64,000 bases of DNA from Kiritimatiellia bacterium (GCA_040767085.1 JAXGPF010000006.1:128001-192000), one strand, 5' to 3'; shown: positions 20,954-31,310, counted from the first letter of the stretch. The notes: a model not told the origin generated them from the sequence alone. Made by a program: numbers and translations.

Positions 20954-21016
20954 TTCACAAGCATCTGTCGTGGGTAGGGCGAGACCTCCGGGCGAGCCGC
21001 CGAGAATAACGCAGCC
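20901..21016. repeat. REP-doublet (REPIN-like) palindromic element
   Basis: GGCTGCGTCATTCTC/GAGAATAACGCAGCC ends; CTCGCCCTACC/GGTAGGGCGAG core; 10-bp direct repeat GCCGGCATCG at 20888 and 21020. Confidence 0.75.
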
Positions 21017-21107
21017 GTGGCCGGCATCGGCGGGGGGAACGAAATAAGATTGACTCCCGCCGCGTGTTTTGCTGCAATCAAGGTTAACGCCAATCGCAGG
21101 TTTTGCC

Positions 21108-22262
21108 ATGAAATATAATCTTATCAGCATGTTCCGTCAAAGTCAAACTTCGCTTGGACGCAGCCTGCTGGTCTGCGGTCTGATCGCGGCGACGCTCCAT
21201 CCGGCCGGCGCCGCCGCCCCCCCGCCTCCCGCCCTGACCAATGCGCCGGGAGTTAAGCCGCCGTCGGCCGACACCAACACTCCGGCTGCCCAGCCGGCCG
21301 CCATCCCGGTCGCCCCTGCCGCAACCAAGTCGGCGCCGGCAAAGGCCGCCCTGGCCGCAGCGCTGCCGAACGACCTCGCGCGCGATTTGCCCGGCGATGC
21401 CGCGCCGGCGGGCGATGCCGCGTCCGACGAACGGCTGCGGCTGTACTTGCAGGCCAACGAATCGAAGTCCATGGCCGAATGGCTGAAACAGCAGAACCTC
21501 CTGGAGGAAGCCGCGGATATTTACCAGGAAGCGCTGGGATTGTACAGGAACCTGGCGGAAAAACATCCCGGCTGGCATGCCGAACTGGTGAATTTCCGGA
21601 TTAACCATTGTGAAGAAGAGTTGGCCGATCTCTCCGGGACGCGGGCCGGCGCCCCGCCCGCCGGGCTGCCGGCGCAGTTTGCCCGGGAGCCTTCGCCCAC
21701 GCTCGGTGCGGCGCGGAATACCGCGCGGCTGAGGCGCGCCGCGCAATTGGAAAAGATATCCGACCTGCCGGCGGCCCTGGCGCTCTACCAGGAAATCCTG
21801 GATGAAACGCCGCAACATCCCGCGGCCCTGCAGGGTGCCGCCCGCATTTACCTGCGCATGCAGCGGATCGAGCCGGCGCGCGCCGTCCTGCGCCAGGCGG
21901 AACAGCTGCCGGACAGCGACGAAGCCACCCTGTTGTTGTGCGCCCTGCTGCTTTGCCATGACGGCAACTTCCATGCCGCGCGCCGGCTGGCGGATACTTT
22001 GCTCAAGCGCAATCCTTACAATGCCAACGCCCACCTGGTCATGGGCGCCGTGCTGGCCGACATCGGCCAGTTGGCGGCGGCGGAAGAGGCCACCAAACGC
22101 GCCATAACCCTCAACCCCAAGCTCGGTGATGCCTATTACAATCTGGCCCAACTCAGCCTGCGCCAGCAACCGATTGACTTGGAAAAAACCAGGCACCATT
22201 ACCGCAACGCCATTAAATACGGCGCCGCTCCCGATCCCGCGCTGGAAGCCTTGCTGGATTAG
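21108..22262 (+). CDS. Exported tetratricopeptide-repeat protein
   Basis: Signal peptide, Pro/Ala linker, TPR helices (NPYNANAHLVMG, NPKLGDAYYNLA). Confidence 0.8.
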   Translation: MKYNLISMFRQSQTSLGRSLLVCGLIAATLHPAGAAAPPPPALTNAPGVKPPSADTNTPAAQPAAIPVAPAATKSAPAKAALAAALPNDLARDLPGDAAPAGDAASDERLRLYLQANESKSMAEWLKQQNLLEEAADIYQEALGLYRNLAEKHPGWHAELVNFRINHCEEELADLSGTRAGAPPAGLPAQFAREPSPTLGAARNTARLRRAAQLEKISDLPAALALYQEILDETPQHPAALQGAARIYLRMQRIEPARAVLRQAEQLPDSDEATLLLCALLLCHDGNFHAARRLADTLLKRNPYNANAHLVMGAVLADIGQLAAAEEATKRAITLNPKLGDAYYNLAQLSLRQQPIDLEKTRHHYRNAIKYGAAPDPALEALLD

Positions 22263-22271
22263 GGCGCGGCC

Positions 22272-23198
22272 ATGACTACCAATGTTTTAAAAGGCATGGC
22301 CTGGTCCCTGGCCAGCGCGTTTCTCTGGAGCACCACCTTCGTCTGCGCCCGGTACCTGCTGGCTGACGCCCGGACCGATCCCCTGACGCTCTCAACCGCC
22401 CGTTTCCTGCTGGGCGGGCTGACCTTGCTGGGTATCGGCGCGCTGCGGCCGGGCATGCTCCAACTGCGCCTGCGGCCGGCCGACCTGGCGCGCCTGGCCG
22501 GGCTGGCGCTCTGCGGCCTGGCCGGCATGAGCGTCCTGCTGTTTTACGGCCAGAAACACACCACGGCCATCAACAGTTCCATGCTGATGCAGTTAAGCCC
22601 GGTGTTCATCATGATCATGGGACTCGGCGTCGGCGAACGCATCACCCGGCGCAACCTGGCAGCCTTGCTGCTCAGCCTGTGCGGGACCATGCTGGTCGTG
22701 GGCGTCATTACGCCGGCCGGCCTGGGCGCCCCCCTGGCCGCCGCGCGCGGCGACCTGCTGGTGCTGGGCGGCGCCTTCTGCTGGGCGCTTTATGCCATCC
22801 TCAGCAAGCCCACGGTGCAACGGCTGGGCGGATTTACCGCCACCACCTGGGTCATGCTGGCCGGCGCGGCGGAACTGGTGGTGCTGCGGCTGGCGCTGCC
22901 GGCGGAATTCATTCCGCCGGCCGGGGCCGGCGCCTGGACGATTATCGTCTATATGGCGCTTTTCCCCACCGCCCTCGCGTTCTTCGCCTGGTACGAGGCC
23001 ATGCGCCTGATTGACCTGGCGATCCTGAATGTCATGCAGTATCTGACGCCGGTCTTCACGATTGTCCTGGCCGGGTGGTGGCTGGGCGAGCGCCTGACCT
23101 GGCTGCAGGGGCTGGGCATCGCGGTGGTGTTGTCCGGCGTCGCCCTGCTGCGGCCGGCGGCACAGAAGGCGCCGGGCCGGGCGCGCGGTCCGGAATGA
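22272..23198 (+). CDS. DMT/EamA family transporter
   Basis: Duplicated 5-TM EamA pattern, GE.I and GE.L motifs. Confidence 0.9.
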   Translation: MTTNVLKGMAWSLASAFLWSTTFVCARYLLADARTDPLTLSTARFLLGGLTLLGIGALRPGMLQLRLRPADLARLAGLALCGLAGMSVLLFYGQKHTTAINSSMLMQLSPVFIMIMGLGVGERITRRNLAALLLSLCGTMLVVGVITPAGLGAPLAAARGDLLVLGGAFCWALYAILSKPTVQRLGGFTATTWVMLAGAAELVVLRLALPAEFIPPAGAGAWTIIVYMALFPTALAFFAWYEAMRLIDLAILNVMQYLTPVFTIVLAGWWLGERLTWLQGLGIAVVLSGVALLRPAAQKAPGRARGPE

Positions 23199-23255
23199 AA
23201 CCATGGATATCCTGCCGCCGCGGGTGGGCGTGAGCGTAAGACACATGCTTTTCTC

Positions 23256-23284
23256 TTGCATTGCCCGGCCCGGCTCAATATGCT
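23256..23284 (+). promoter_or_regulatory. Putative sigma70 promoter
   Basis: TTGCAT-N17-TATGCT about 60 bp before the next start codon. Confidence 0.45.
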
Positions 23285-23344
23285 GCAAGAGCGAATATTG
23301 ATCCGCCGCCGGATTGCGGCCCATCTGCACAACAGGGAAACAAG

Positions 23345-24382
23345 ATGCATACCATGCATTCATGGCCGGAAGTCATTGAACATGCGCTCATGATCACGGG
23401 ATTCGTGGGCGTCATGATGCTGGTGATCGAATACGTCAACGTCATCACCATGGGCCGCTGGCAGGAAGGCATCCGCCGCCAGCGCTGGAGTCAGTACCTG
23501 CTGGCAGCCTTGCTGGGCGTCATGCCGGGCTGCCTGGGATCTTTCGTTGTGGTGGCCATGTACACCCACCGCACGCTCTCCCTCGGCGCCCTGGTGGCGG
23601 CCATGATAGCGACGGCCGGGGATGAATCTTTTGTAATGTTCGCCATGATTCCCCGCACCGCCTTGCTCTTGCACGGCATGCTGTTTGCCCTGGGAATCGT
23701 TTTCGGCATCCTGACGGATACACTGCTCGGACGCCGCCTGCCCAACCAGCTTGCCTGCCCCATCGATTTCACGATTCACAAGGAAGCACGCGGGGTCTGC
23801 CTGCCCCATGGTCAAATTTTGAAACAATGGCAGCGCTGTTCGGCGGCGCGCGGCACGCTGGCCATATCGCTCGGGCTTTTCCTGGCCGCAATACTGGCCG
23901 GGCAGATCGGACCCCCGGAATGGAACTGGGTCCGGTGCTCGCTGGCAGTCGTATCCGCCGTGGCCTTGTTTATCGTCGCCACGGTGTCCGATCATTTTCT
24001 CGAGGAACACTTGTGGAAACACGTTGCACGCAGCCATGTGCCCCGCATTTTCCTGTGGACGCTGGGCGCCATGGTTTTGCTGCACCTGGCCGTGGAACAC
24101 TGGAACATCGGGGATGTGATCCAGCAAAACCACTGGATCGTGCTGGGAGCCGCCGGCCTGGTGGGAATCATTCCCGAGTCCGGCCCGCACCTGGTCTTCG
24201 TCACCATGTTCGCCAGGGGATTGGTTCCTTTCAGCGTGCTCCTCGTCAACTCCATCGTGCAGGATGGGCATGGCATGCTTCCCCTGCTCGCCCACTCCCG
24301 GCGCGATTTTGTGATTGTGAAACTGATCAGTCTCGCGGCCGGCCTGGCGGTCGGCGCATTTTTGATGTTGTGCGGGCATTAA
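23345..24382 (+). CDS. Putative 10-TM metal/metalloid exporter (ArsP_2 / putative manganese transporter-like)
   Basis: PGCLG, ATAGDE, IPESGPH, QDGHG motifs. Confidence 0.75.
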   Translation: MHTMHSWPEVIEHALMITGFVGVMMLVIEYVNVITMGRWQEGIRRQRWSQYLLAALLGVMPGCLGSFVVVAMYTHRTLSLGALVAAMIATAGDESFVMFAMIPRTALLLHGMLFALGIVFGILTDTLLGRRLPNQLACPIDFTIHKEARGVCLPHGQILKQWQRCSAARGTLAISLGLFLAAILAGQIGPPEWNWVRCSLAVVSAVALFIVATVSDHFLEEHLWKHVARSHVPRIFLWTLGAMVLLHLAVEHWNIGDVIQQNHWIVLGAAGLVGIIPESGPHLVFVTMFARGLVPFSVLLVNSIVQDGHGMLPLLAHSRRDFVIVKLISLAAGLAVGAFLMLCGH

Positions 24383-24448
24383 CCTGGCGGCGGGATACGG
24401 GCACACTGCGCCAGGCCGGGGGCGCGGGAAAGCGAAGGAGAAAGCCGT

Positions 24449-25246
24449 ATGCAATGGTATTACGCGAAACGCGGGGAGAGGCACGGGCCAGTGGAAGACG
24501 CGGAATTCCGCCGCCTGATCCAGCAGGGCGCGATTACCCCCAAGGACCTGGTCTGGAACTCCAGCCTGGGCGATCGTTGGGCCCCGGCGTCATCCGTTGC
24601 GGGCCTTTTTAACGCGGCTGCCGTGCCGGCAGCCGCTGGCGGGCCCGCGCCGGTCCGGTCCGGCGAATTGACGCACAACCGCGATCTGATGCGCCTGGCG
24701 CGCGAATCGCTCCGCGGCCGCTGGGGATTCGGCGTCGGCGTGTCTTTGCTGTATATGGCAATCTCCGCCGGATGCGGTTTCCTGCCTTTTCTGGGTTCCA
24801 TCGCCAGCCTGTTGATCACCGGGCCCATGGTCGTGGGCTTCACCCTGGTTTTTCTGAACGTGTCCCGACGGCAGTCAGCGGAAGCGGGCCAGCTCTTTTA
24901 CGGTTTTCAGCGCTTCGGAGCGGCCCTGGGCGCCTACCTGCTGATGGCGCTTTTCATCCTGCTCTGGAGTCTGCTGCTGATCATTCCCGGTATCATCGCG
25001 ACCTACGCCTACGCCATGACCTTCTTTGTCATTGCCGACGATCCGGCGGCCGGCCCGCGGGAGGCGCTGCGCCGCAGCAAAGAAATGATGCGGGGCAGCA
25101 AATGGAAATTATTCTGCTTTTTCTGGCGTTTTTTCGGCTGGGCCCTGCTATGCGTCCTGACGCTTGGCATCGGTTTTCTCTGGCTGTACCCTTACATGCA
25201 GACTGCCATGGCTCATTTTTACGATGACGTCCGGCCGCGGGACTGA
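24449..25246 (+). CDS. GYF_2 domain plus DUF975 family membrane protein
   Basis: WYY...GPV...LVW...W N-terminus; LLLIIPGII..Y.Y, S..MM.G.K. Confidence 0.85.
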   Translation: MQWYYAKRGERHGPVEDAEFRRLIQQGAITPKDLVWNSSLGDRWAPASSVAGLFNAAAVPAAAGGPAPVRSGELTHNRDLMRLARESLRGRWGFGVGVSLLYMAISAGCGFLPFLGSIASLLITGPMVVGFTLVFLNVSRRQSAEAGQLFYGFQRFGAALGAYLLMALFILLWSLLLIIPGIIATYAYAMTFFVIADDPAAGPREALRRSKEMMRGSKWKLFCFFWRFFGWALLCVLTLGIGFLWLYPYMQTAMAHFYDDVRPRD

Positions 25247-25267
25247 GATCCGTCGGCTTCGGCATCC

Positions 25268-27262
25268 TCAGGGCACATATTTGGCGCCGCTGAGTTTGAA
25301 CAGGATCAAATTCACCACCGGCTGCGGCAGGTAAACCCGGGCGCGATCCTTGGTCAGATTGTCCTTGCTGTCCAGGATGGACAACTTGCCCTCCAGGACG
25401 TGCGTCTTTTGGCCGGCCTCCGCCGCGGGATCCTTGTCGTAGGCCAGTTGGGGCTGCATGGTGAAGGTCATGTTCTTCCAAAACACCTTGGTATTGGATG
25501 ACGATTTGCTCCGATTCTGAATCATGTCGAACAAACTGTATTCGCGGGTTTCGTTCCCCCACCAGTCCCAGTGCGCGGCGTCTTTCGGGGGATTTTCCTC
25601 CACCAGCTGCACCGCCACGACCTGGTTATGGCAATCCACGACCAGCAGAAGCCGGCTGAAGGTTTCCTCGAAAATACCGCTGTAGCTGTAATAGAAAAAG
25701 CTGTTTTCCGGGAAGCCGGGCGTCGTGACGCTGCGCTTGGCGGCGGATCTTTTTTCGAGGAACAGTGACTGCACCGCGTTTTCCAGGGGCATCAAATAGG
25801 TGACTTTCTTGTAGATTATCAGGGATGGGTATGGGTGGGCATCAACTTTCGGTTCGCCCAGGCTGCCCAGCAGGGCCTGCATGTCATCCGCGCTCCGGGC
25901 ACTGGCCGTCACGCCATAATGCCAGCTCGGTGAAAGCGCCAGGCCGGCGCCGAACCCGGCGCGCGCCCCGGGATCCTGCTCGCCGCGGGCAATGCGGGCG
26001 ATAATCGCCGTCACCTCCATGCGGTTGGTGGCGTCAGGATGCGCTTGCAGGGCTTCTTCCAGGATGCGCACTGACGCCTTGAGATCGCCCGCTTTCCGCG
26101 CTTCGGCCACGGCCTGCACCAGGGCCATGGAATCGTTTTGCTGTTTCTGCATGGCGATCGCGGCTTCGATGTTTTTCTGCTTCCACCGCGCCAGCATGGA
26201 CTCGGCTTCGGCCCGGTTAACCGCTTCGGGATTCCGGCTGAGCGCCGCCCCAAGGAGGTCCATGGCCCGGCGGAGATCGAAGCGGGATTCGGCCTCCGCC
26301 GCCGCCATGTCCTTGAACAATGCCTCGGTCTGGTTAAACCTGATCTGCATTTGCGCCAGCAGCCGCGAGGCCTCCGTGCGGTTGGTGGCGGCCGGGTAAT
26401 CCTCGATGGCGTTTTCCAGCATTTTGATGGCCAGCGGCAGATCGCCCATCTGGCGCACCGAGCGCATGGTATTGGCCAGCGCCATGGCTTCCATGGAAGC
26501 CGTGCGGTCGGACATCAATTTTTCCGCATAGGCCATGCGCATCTGGCTTAACCGCGATTCAGCCTGGGTGCGGTTGAACGCCCGCGGGTTATGATGCACG
26601 GCCTGAATCAGGTTTTCCAACGCCTGGCCCAGATTGGTGGCCGCCACCGCGTCCACCACGTCCAGCGCGCCGGCAACCTGAATGGATTGTTCCATCCGCT
26701 GCATCAGTTCTTGCGCTGCGTCCCGGTTGCGCGCCTGGGGATAATTGCTGCAGGCGGCGTTAATGGCCGCGATGGCCGCCTGGTAGTCGGCGGCGGCGGA
26801 TTCCCGCGCCATCACTTCTTCCAGGGCGCGGGAAGCGGCATGCACCTCCCGCAGGCGGTTCAAATACAGGGCCAGCAAGACCGCGAAAGCCGCCGCCATC
26901 GCGATGAAGGTCACCCAACCGAACACGTTGGAGGGGGATGCCTGCCTGATCCGCCGGGGCGCTGCCGCCGCCGGCACGGCTGCCGGCACCGCCGGCGGCG
27001 TGTCCGCGGCGGGGGTCTCCACTTCCGCGGCTTGCGGCGCTACCTGAAAAAAATGCGCGCAGTTGGCGCATTGGATTTCCCGGTCCGCCATCTCGCCTGG
27101 CGCCAGGAATGCATTGCCGCAATTGCCGCAAACAGCGCGAAAGGCGGGCGCCGGCACTGTTACCGGCTGGCGGCAATCAGGGCACTCTATCGTCCGCCCG
27201 ACGCCCTGCTCATCCACGGCAAGGCTTTTTTTGCATGCGCACTGGAAATATATATCCGCCAT
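25268..27262 (-). CDS. Double Zn-ribbon, single-TM protein with five helical repeats
   Basis: CAC/CPDC and CGNC/CANC, one TM, five P.A.NR repeats. Confidence 0.75.
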   Translation of the reverse strand: MADIYFQCACKKSLAVDEQGVGRTIECPDCRQPVTVPAPAFRAVCGNCGNAFLAPGEMADREIQCANCAHFFQVAPQAAEVETPAADTPPAVPAAVPAAAAPRRIRQASPSNVFGWVTFIAMAAAFAVLLALYLNRLREVHAASRALEEVMARESAAADYQAAIAAINAACSNYPQARNRDAAQELMQRMEQSIQVAGALDVVDAVAATNLGQALENLIQAVHHNPRAFNRTQAESRLSQMRMAYAEKLMSDRTASMEAMALANTMRSVRQMGDLPLAIKMLENAIEDYPAATNRTEASRLLAQMQIRFNQTEALFKDMAAAEAESRFDLRRAMDLLGAALSRNPEAVNRAEAESMLARWKQKNIEAAIAMQKQQNDSMALVQAVAEARKAGDLKASVRILEEALQAHPDATNRMEVTAIIARIARGEQDPGARAGFGAGLALSPSWHYGVTASARSADDMQALLGSLGEPKVDAHPYPSLIIYKKVTYLMPLENAVQSLFLEKRSAAKRSVTTPGFPENSFFYYSYSGIFEETFSRLLLVVDCHNQVVAVQLVEENPPKDAAHWDWWGNETREYSLFDMIQNRSKSSSNTKVFWKNMTFTMQPQLAYDKDPAAEAGQKTHVLEGKLSILDSKDNLTKDRARVYLPQPVVNLILFKLSGAKYVP

Positions 27263-27297
27263 TCTGACCTGCCACCAATGTTTGTGGTTGTTTTTAA

Positions 27298-27326
27298 ATT
27301 ATCACCAATAATTTCATGCAAGTCAA
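27298..27326 (-). promoter_or_regulatory. Putative sigma70 promoter
   Basis: TTGACT-N17-GATAAT on the minus strand, 35 bp upstream of 27262. Confidence 0.5.
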
Positions 27327-30133
27327 TTTAATTTTAGGAGGCCGTACGCCGCCCGGCGGCTGCCGGGCGGCAGGCTGACCCAGGCCGATAACTCGCGCGC
27401 CGGCGCCAGACCGGCATCGCGCCCGACGTTGATCCGCAACGGCCTGTCCGGCGCGCCATTTAATCCCAGCGACTGGAATGGAATCCGCACCGCGGCGCGC
27501 CAGGCACGGCCCATGCATTCCGCCTCGACACGCCACTGGAAAAAGCGCGCCTGCCGCCGGTAGGCATAAGGTTCGGCAAATCCCAGCGGGGGGTTGACAT
27601 TCATCCCGCGCGAAACCAGAAAATCGCGGGCGCCGCGGGGATTGACCATGAAGCGGCGCATCGGTTCAAATTGGCTGGTTTCGATATTGATCCAAATCCG
27701 GTCGTCGCTGCTGAAGCCCTCCTTGTCCCGACCGCGCATCGCCAATTGGTCCATCCGCGGCTCGCGGCAGATGAAATTGAAATACAGCGCCCGGCCGTCA
27801 TAGGCCGCCTGCCATTGCGTCGTACGGCCGGTCCGTATGGCGCGCGGGCCGGCAAAAACGCCGGCGGACGGCACGGCCGCCCAGTCAACTTTGGCGGGAT
27901 TGCCGGCCGGCGGTGAATTAATCCGTCCGGCCCGGCTAACTTTGTTCCCGGCGCATTCCGGCCAGGGGCTTTTACCGGCGCGCAAGCGCGCCGCCACCGC
28001 CGGAAATTCAATGCGCAGCAGGCGCCGCAAGGAAGCCATGCGTTTGCGGATCAGCGCGGGATTATACTTGTAGATGCCCGCTTCGGGGGTATAGCCCAGC
28101 CGCGGCCAGGCTAACGCCAGCGGCAACAGCCGGCGGTTAGCCGACAATTCCTCCCCGACAATCGCGCGCATGGCCGCCAGGATGGCCGCGGCGCTTTTAC
28201 CTCGTCCATCCGCCAGTTGCTCGCGCAATCTGTAAAATTCCAGGATATTGACGCCGCTGATAAAATGCAGCTCCAGGGCCTGGGCCAGGGCGATTTCCGC
28301 CAGCCGCGCGCGCTGATTCCGGCAGCGCGGCATCAGCGGCGCCAGCAGTCTGACCCCCCGCCCCCAGTCATCGCGCATACGCGTGCAGAGCCGGATGATT
28401 TCATCCAGGGTATGATAGCCGGTACAGTCGCCGATGCGGTCGCCCACCGGCGGATCGGGCTGCCAACTGCGCGGCAGGTGGATATCGCGCGGGATCAGGT
28501 TCAATTCCCAGACCGCGCCGTTATGCATGGGCCCGTAGTAACTGAAGCCGATGGTCAGGGGATAATTACGATAGGCCCGGGCAAACCAGCCCCAGGCCCG
28601 CGCCACCGTCCCGGCATGTTCCTGCCAATCGCGCCGGGCATGCCGCAGCAGGAATTGTTTTTCCGACTCCGGGAATGGTTCAAAAGCCAGGTCGCCCGCC
28701 GCCCGCTGCATGACCGACGGATCATTGCTCGACCCCCAGTTGGCCAGGATGCCGGAAACACCCAGCTTGCGCATGGCGGCAATTTTGCGGTAAACCAGCC
28801 CCGGCGCCGGGATGCACGGCACGCTGGCCAGCTCGTGCGAGCCGGCCACCATGGCCTTCGCAAAAATTGGCGTGCCGGCGCGCCGGGCCGCCCGGGCGCA
28901 ATTGACGAACAAATCGGCCGGGCCGGCATAGGAAAGCCAGTAATCATCCGCCCGCCGCATTTTACCGAGCTGGCGCGCATGGCCGCCATTTTCGAAATTG
29001 TGCATCAGCGTTACACCCGGCGGCATCCGGCTGGCGGCATCCGCCGTCAGCCGCTCGCCCCAGCACACATTCTGCATGTAGGGCCAGGCGACCAACTCGG
29101 CCTGCGGGTCGGCCTGGCGGATACCGCGCGCCATCGCCGCCAGGGTGTCGGCCAGCACCGCGTGCGGGGCGCGGCGGGAACAGCGCGGGCAATTATTATT
29201 GAACGCGCTGCCGGAATAGCAATGCGATGGGCGTTCCCCGACACAGATATTGATAAAGCCCCCTAATCCCGGGATGTCGCGGAACAGGCGTTCCATGGCC
29301 TGCGTGAGCAGGTTGCGGCCGGCGGCCGACGAGGTGCAGAAATTCACATGATCAAACAGCGACTGCCCGCGCAATTCCGGGTATTTTTTCAGAAGCGGGT
29401 CGCCGGCATGCAGCGCTTCCGGAACGATTCCTAAAAAATACACCTTTATGCCGTAGCGGGCGTAGCGTTCCACCATTTGCCGCGCTGCGCGCAAAAAGCT
29501 TTCCGCGGCGCGCCCATCGGCCGGCGTCAGCCGGCCCGGATAGCCCAGCCAGGCCGGCGTGGTCCAGATGGCATTGGCGCCGTCGTGCGCCACCCGGTTC
29601 AAATAGGCGTCCGGCATGCCGTCCAGCAGCCCGTCCGCCATGCCGGCCGCCCGGGCATTGGCCCGCATCAAGGCGATGTGCCCCAGATGCATCCGGGTCT
29701 TCAAAAACGGTCGGCGCGTGATGGCGCCCCGCGGCAGCACCGGAGCGCCGCGCCGCAACATTTCATCCTCCAGAAAAATCAACCCCCGCCGGATACCCTC
29801 GGGTTCCTCCGCCGTAATCACGCACTCCCCGCCGGACACATCCAGGCAATATGATTCCCGGCCGGCCACCGGCGCGCGCCGCAGCCGGATGGCCACCGCC
29901 TTGTCCGCGGGCCGCGATTCCACATGCCGGGGAATGCCGGCGGATTGCAAAAAACAGCCAAAATCGGCATAGGCGGTTTCCAGGACGGCCTGCGGAAACG
30001 CATCCGACTGCAGGCGCACGCCGCCAACCAGGCTGATTTCATTGGGCGCCGGCCGCCGCCGGCGCCAGGCCGGCGTTGCGGCATGCAGCGGTTTCAACAA
30101 GTCGGGGATGAACGGCAGGCGACTGGATTTCAT
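27323..30133 (-). CDS. Putative glycoside hydrolase: GH20-type N-terminal domain, barrel, CBM9-like C-terminus
   Basis: ESYCLDV...GIRRGLIFLE; CPRC; AYDGRALY...W.A.VRIPF; no signal peptide. Confidence 0.6.
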   Translation of the reverse strand: MKSSRLPFIPDLLKPLHAATPAWRRRRPAPNEISLVGGVRLQSDAFPQAVLETAYADFGCFLQSAGIPRHVESRPADKAVAIRLRRAPVAGRESYCLDVSGGECVITAEEPEGIRRGLIFLEDEMLRRGAPVLPRGAITRRPFLKTRMHLGHIALMRANARAAGMADGLLDGMPDAYLNRVAHDGANAIWTTPAWLGYPGRLTPADGRAAESFLRAARQMVERYARYGIKVYFLGIVPEALHAGDPLLKKYPELRGQSLFDHVNFCTSSAAGRNLLTQAMERLFRDIPGLGGFINICVGERPSHCYSGSAFNNNCPRCSRRAPHAVLADTLAAMARGIRQADPQAELVAWPYMQNVCWGERLTADAASRMPPGVTLMHNFENGGHARQLGKMRRADDYWLSYAGPADLFVNCARAARRAGTPIFAKAMVAGSHELASVPCIPAPGLVYRKIAAMRKLGVSGILANWGSSNDPSVMQRAAGDLAFEPFPESEKQFLLRHARRDWQEHAGTVARAWGWFARAYRNYPLTIGFSYYGPMHNGAVWELNLIPRDIHLPRSWQPDPPVGDRIGDCTGYHTLDEIIRLCTRMRDDWGRGVRLLAPLMPRCRNQRARLAEIALAQALELHFISGVNILEFYRLREQLADGRGKSAAAILAAMRAIVGEELSANRRLLPLALAWPRLGYTPEAGIYKYNPALIRKRMASLRRLLRIEFPAVAARLRAGKSPWPECAGNKVSRAGRINSPPAGNPAKVDWAAVPSAGVFAGPRAIRTGRTTQWQAAYDGRALYFNFICREPRMDQLAMRGRDKEGFSSDDRIWINIETSQFEPMRRFMVNPRGARDFLVSRGMNVNPPLGFAEPYAYRRQARFFQWRVEAECMGRAWRAAVRIPFQSLGLNGAPDRPLRINVGRDAGLAPARELSAWVSLPPGSRRAAYGLLKLN

Positions 30134-31242
30134 ACCGGCATTTTTCCTGATTCAACGACGGGTCGGATGGGATACTCGTAAAAGGCATTTCGGCATGGCG
30201 GCCGATCGGCCAGGTTAAAGACCGTCGGCATCCGCTGCGGCAGACAGAAGGTGGAAAACGCCGTGCCATCCCGGCAGACCGAGTGCGGATAGCCGTCATG
30301 CGAACGCAGGATGGCCTGGAACGCGGCCAGCGTCCGCGGCAGTTGATCGCGGGCGCGCGCGACGGCCGCGAACCGGACGGCTGAATGCTCGGCGATATCC
30401 GGCTGACAACCCGTCTGCGACAGCCGCTCCAGCAATTCCGGCATATGGATATGGTTGGTGGAAAAGACCATCCCGCCATGCGCATCGGCATCCTGCACCA
30501 CCGGCTCAAATCCGCCCAGGCATTGGCAGGCAACCAGGTTCCCGGCGGCATCCCCCAGGACGTAACTCGATTCCGGCCGGATTTTGCGGAGCAAGGCCAG
30601 CGCCGACGGCACATCCCGGCAATGCTCCAGCAGCAACCGCGTGCCCAGCGAGCCGCGCAGGTAAACCGCCGTATCCGGGCGCGGCGGCTCCGGCGCATAT
30701 CCGCCCAAACTGGATTGCGCCACCGACAGGCCGGCCGCATTCATCCCGTTATGCCCCCAGGCCGCCCCGATCCAGGTGATCATGACATGCGCCAGGCCGT
30801 TTTGCGGCAGGCGCCGCACGGGAGCGTAACAGAGACGCGGATCATCCAGGTTCCCGCCGACAATGATCCCGGCATCCGCCGTCTGCATGCCGATGGAAGT
30901 GCAGGCGGATGGCGGATGCTTCCCCCGGGGAACGCTATTCCAGACGCGCAGGTTCAGCCGCTCAATTCGCCCGTATTCCACGCCGCTGCCCTCGGCGATG
31001 CCGCGCAATTCGTCCTCCAGCCAGGGCGCGAACCGCATGTTGCTGGCGCGCACTGCGCGCAAGCCCGCGTCCAATTCGGCGTCGCTCTCTTCAAAATCAT
31101 GCCGCAGCGTATTGGCGACCGTGGCATGCACGGCATGCCGGAACGTCCGGCCGTGCTGCACGCCCATTTCAAAATGCGTTCCGGAAAATGTTTCCACCGG
31201 CAACGGCATAACCGCCCTCCCTCTCAAAACGGTCACGTCCAT
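30130..31242 (-). CDS. C45-family autoproteolytic Ntn acyltransferase/hydrolase
   Basis: EMGVQHG, ELRGIAEG, A-CTS catalytic Cys, GMNAAGL, TNH. Confidence 0.85.
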   Translation of the reverse strand: MDVTVLRGRAVMPLPVETFSGTHFEMGVQHGRTFRHAVHATVANTLRHDFEESDAELDAGLRAVRASNMRFAPWLEDELRGIAEGSGVEYGRIERLNLRVWNSVPRGKHPPSACTSIGMQTADAGIIVGGNLDDPRLCYAPVRRLPQNGLAHVMITWIGAAWGHNGMNAAGLSVAQSSLGGYAPEPPRPDTAVYLRGSLGTRLLLEHCRDVPSALALLRKIRPESSYVLGDAAGNLVACQCLGGFEPVVQDADAHGGMVFSTNHIHMPELLERLSQTGCQPDIAEHSAVRFAAVARARDQLPRTLAAFQAILRSHDGYPHSVCRDGTAFSTFCLPQRMPTVFNLADRPPCRNAFYEYPIRPVVESGKMPV

Positions 31243-31310
31243 AATTCATGCAGCATTTTAACGGCCGCATCCGAGCGTCCCTGACCAATCCGCCCGTCCG
31301 CCAAGCTGGG

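Noticed and set aside
21458-21480. Partial match of spacer 2 (TCCATGGCCGAA) to the TPR gene
   Set aside because: Only 12 contiguous nt plus a gapped 6-mer, and the PAM-proximal 3' end mismatches; compatible with chance
23199-23345. Mn-sensing yybP-ykoY riboswitch before the metal exporter
   Set aside because: Predicted 5' UTR is only ~55 nt and lacks recognisable riboswitch motifs
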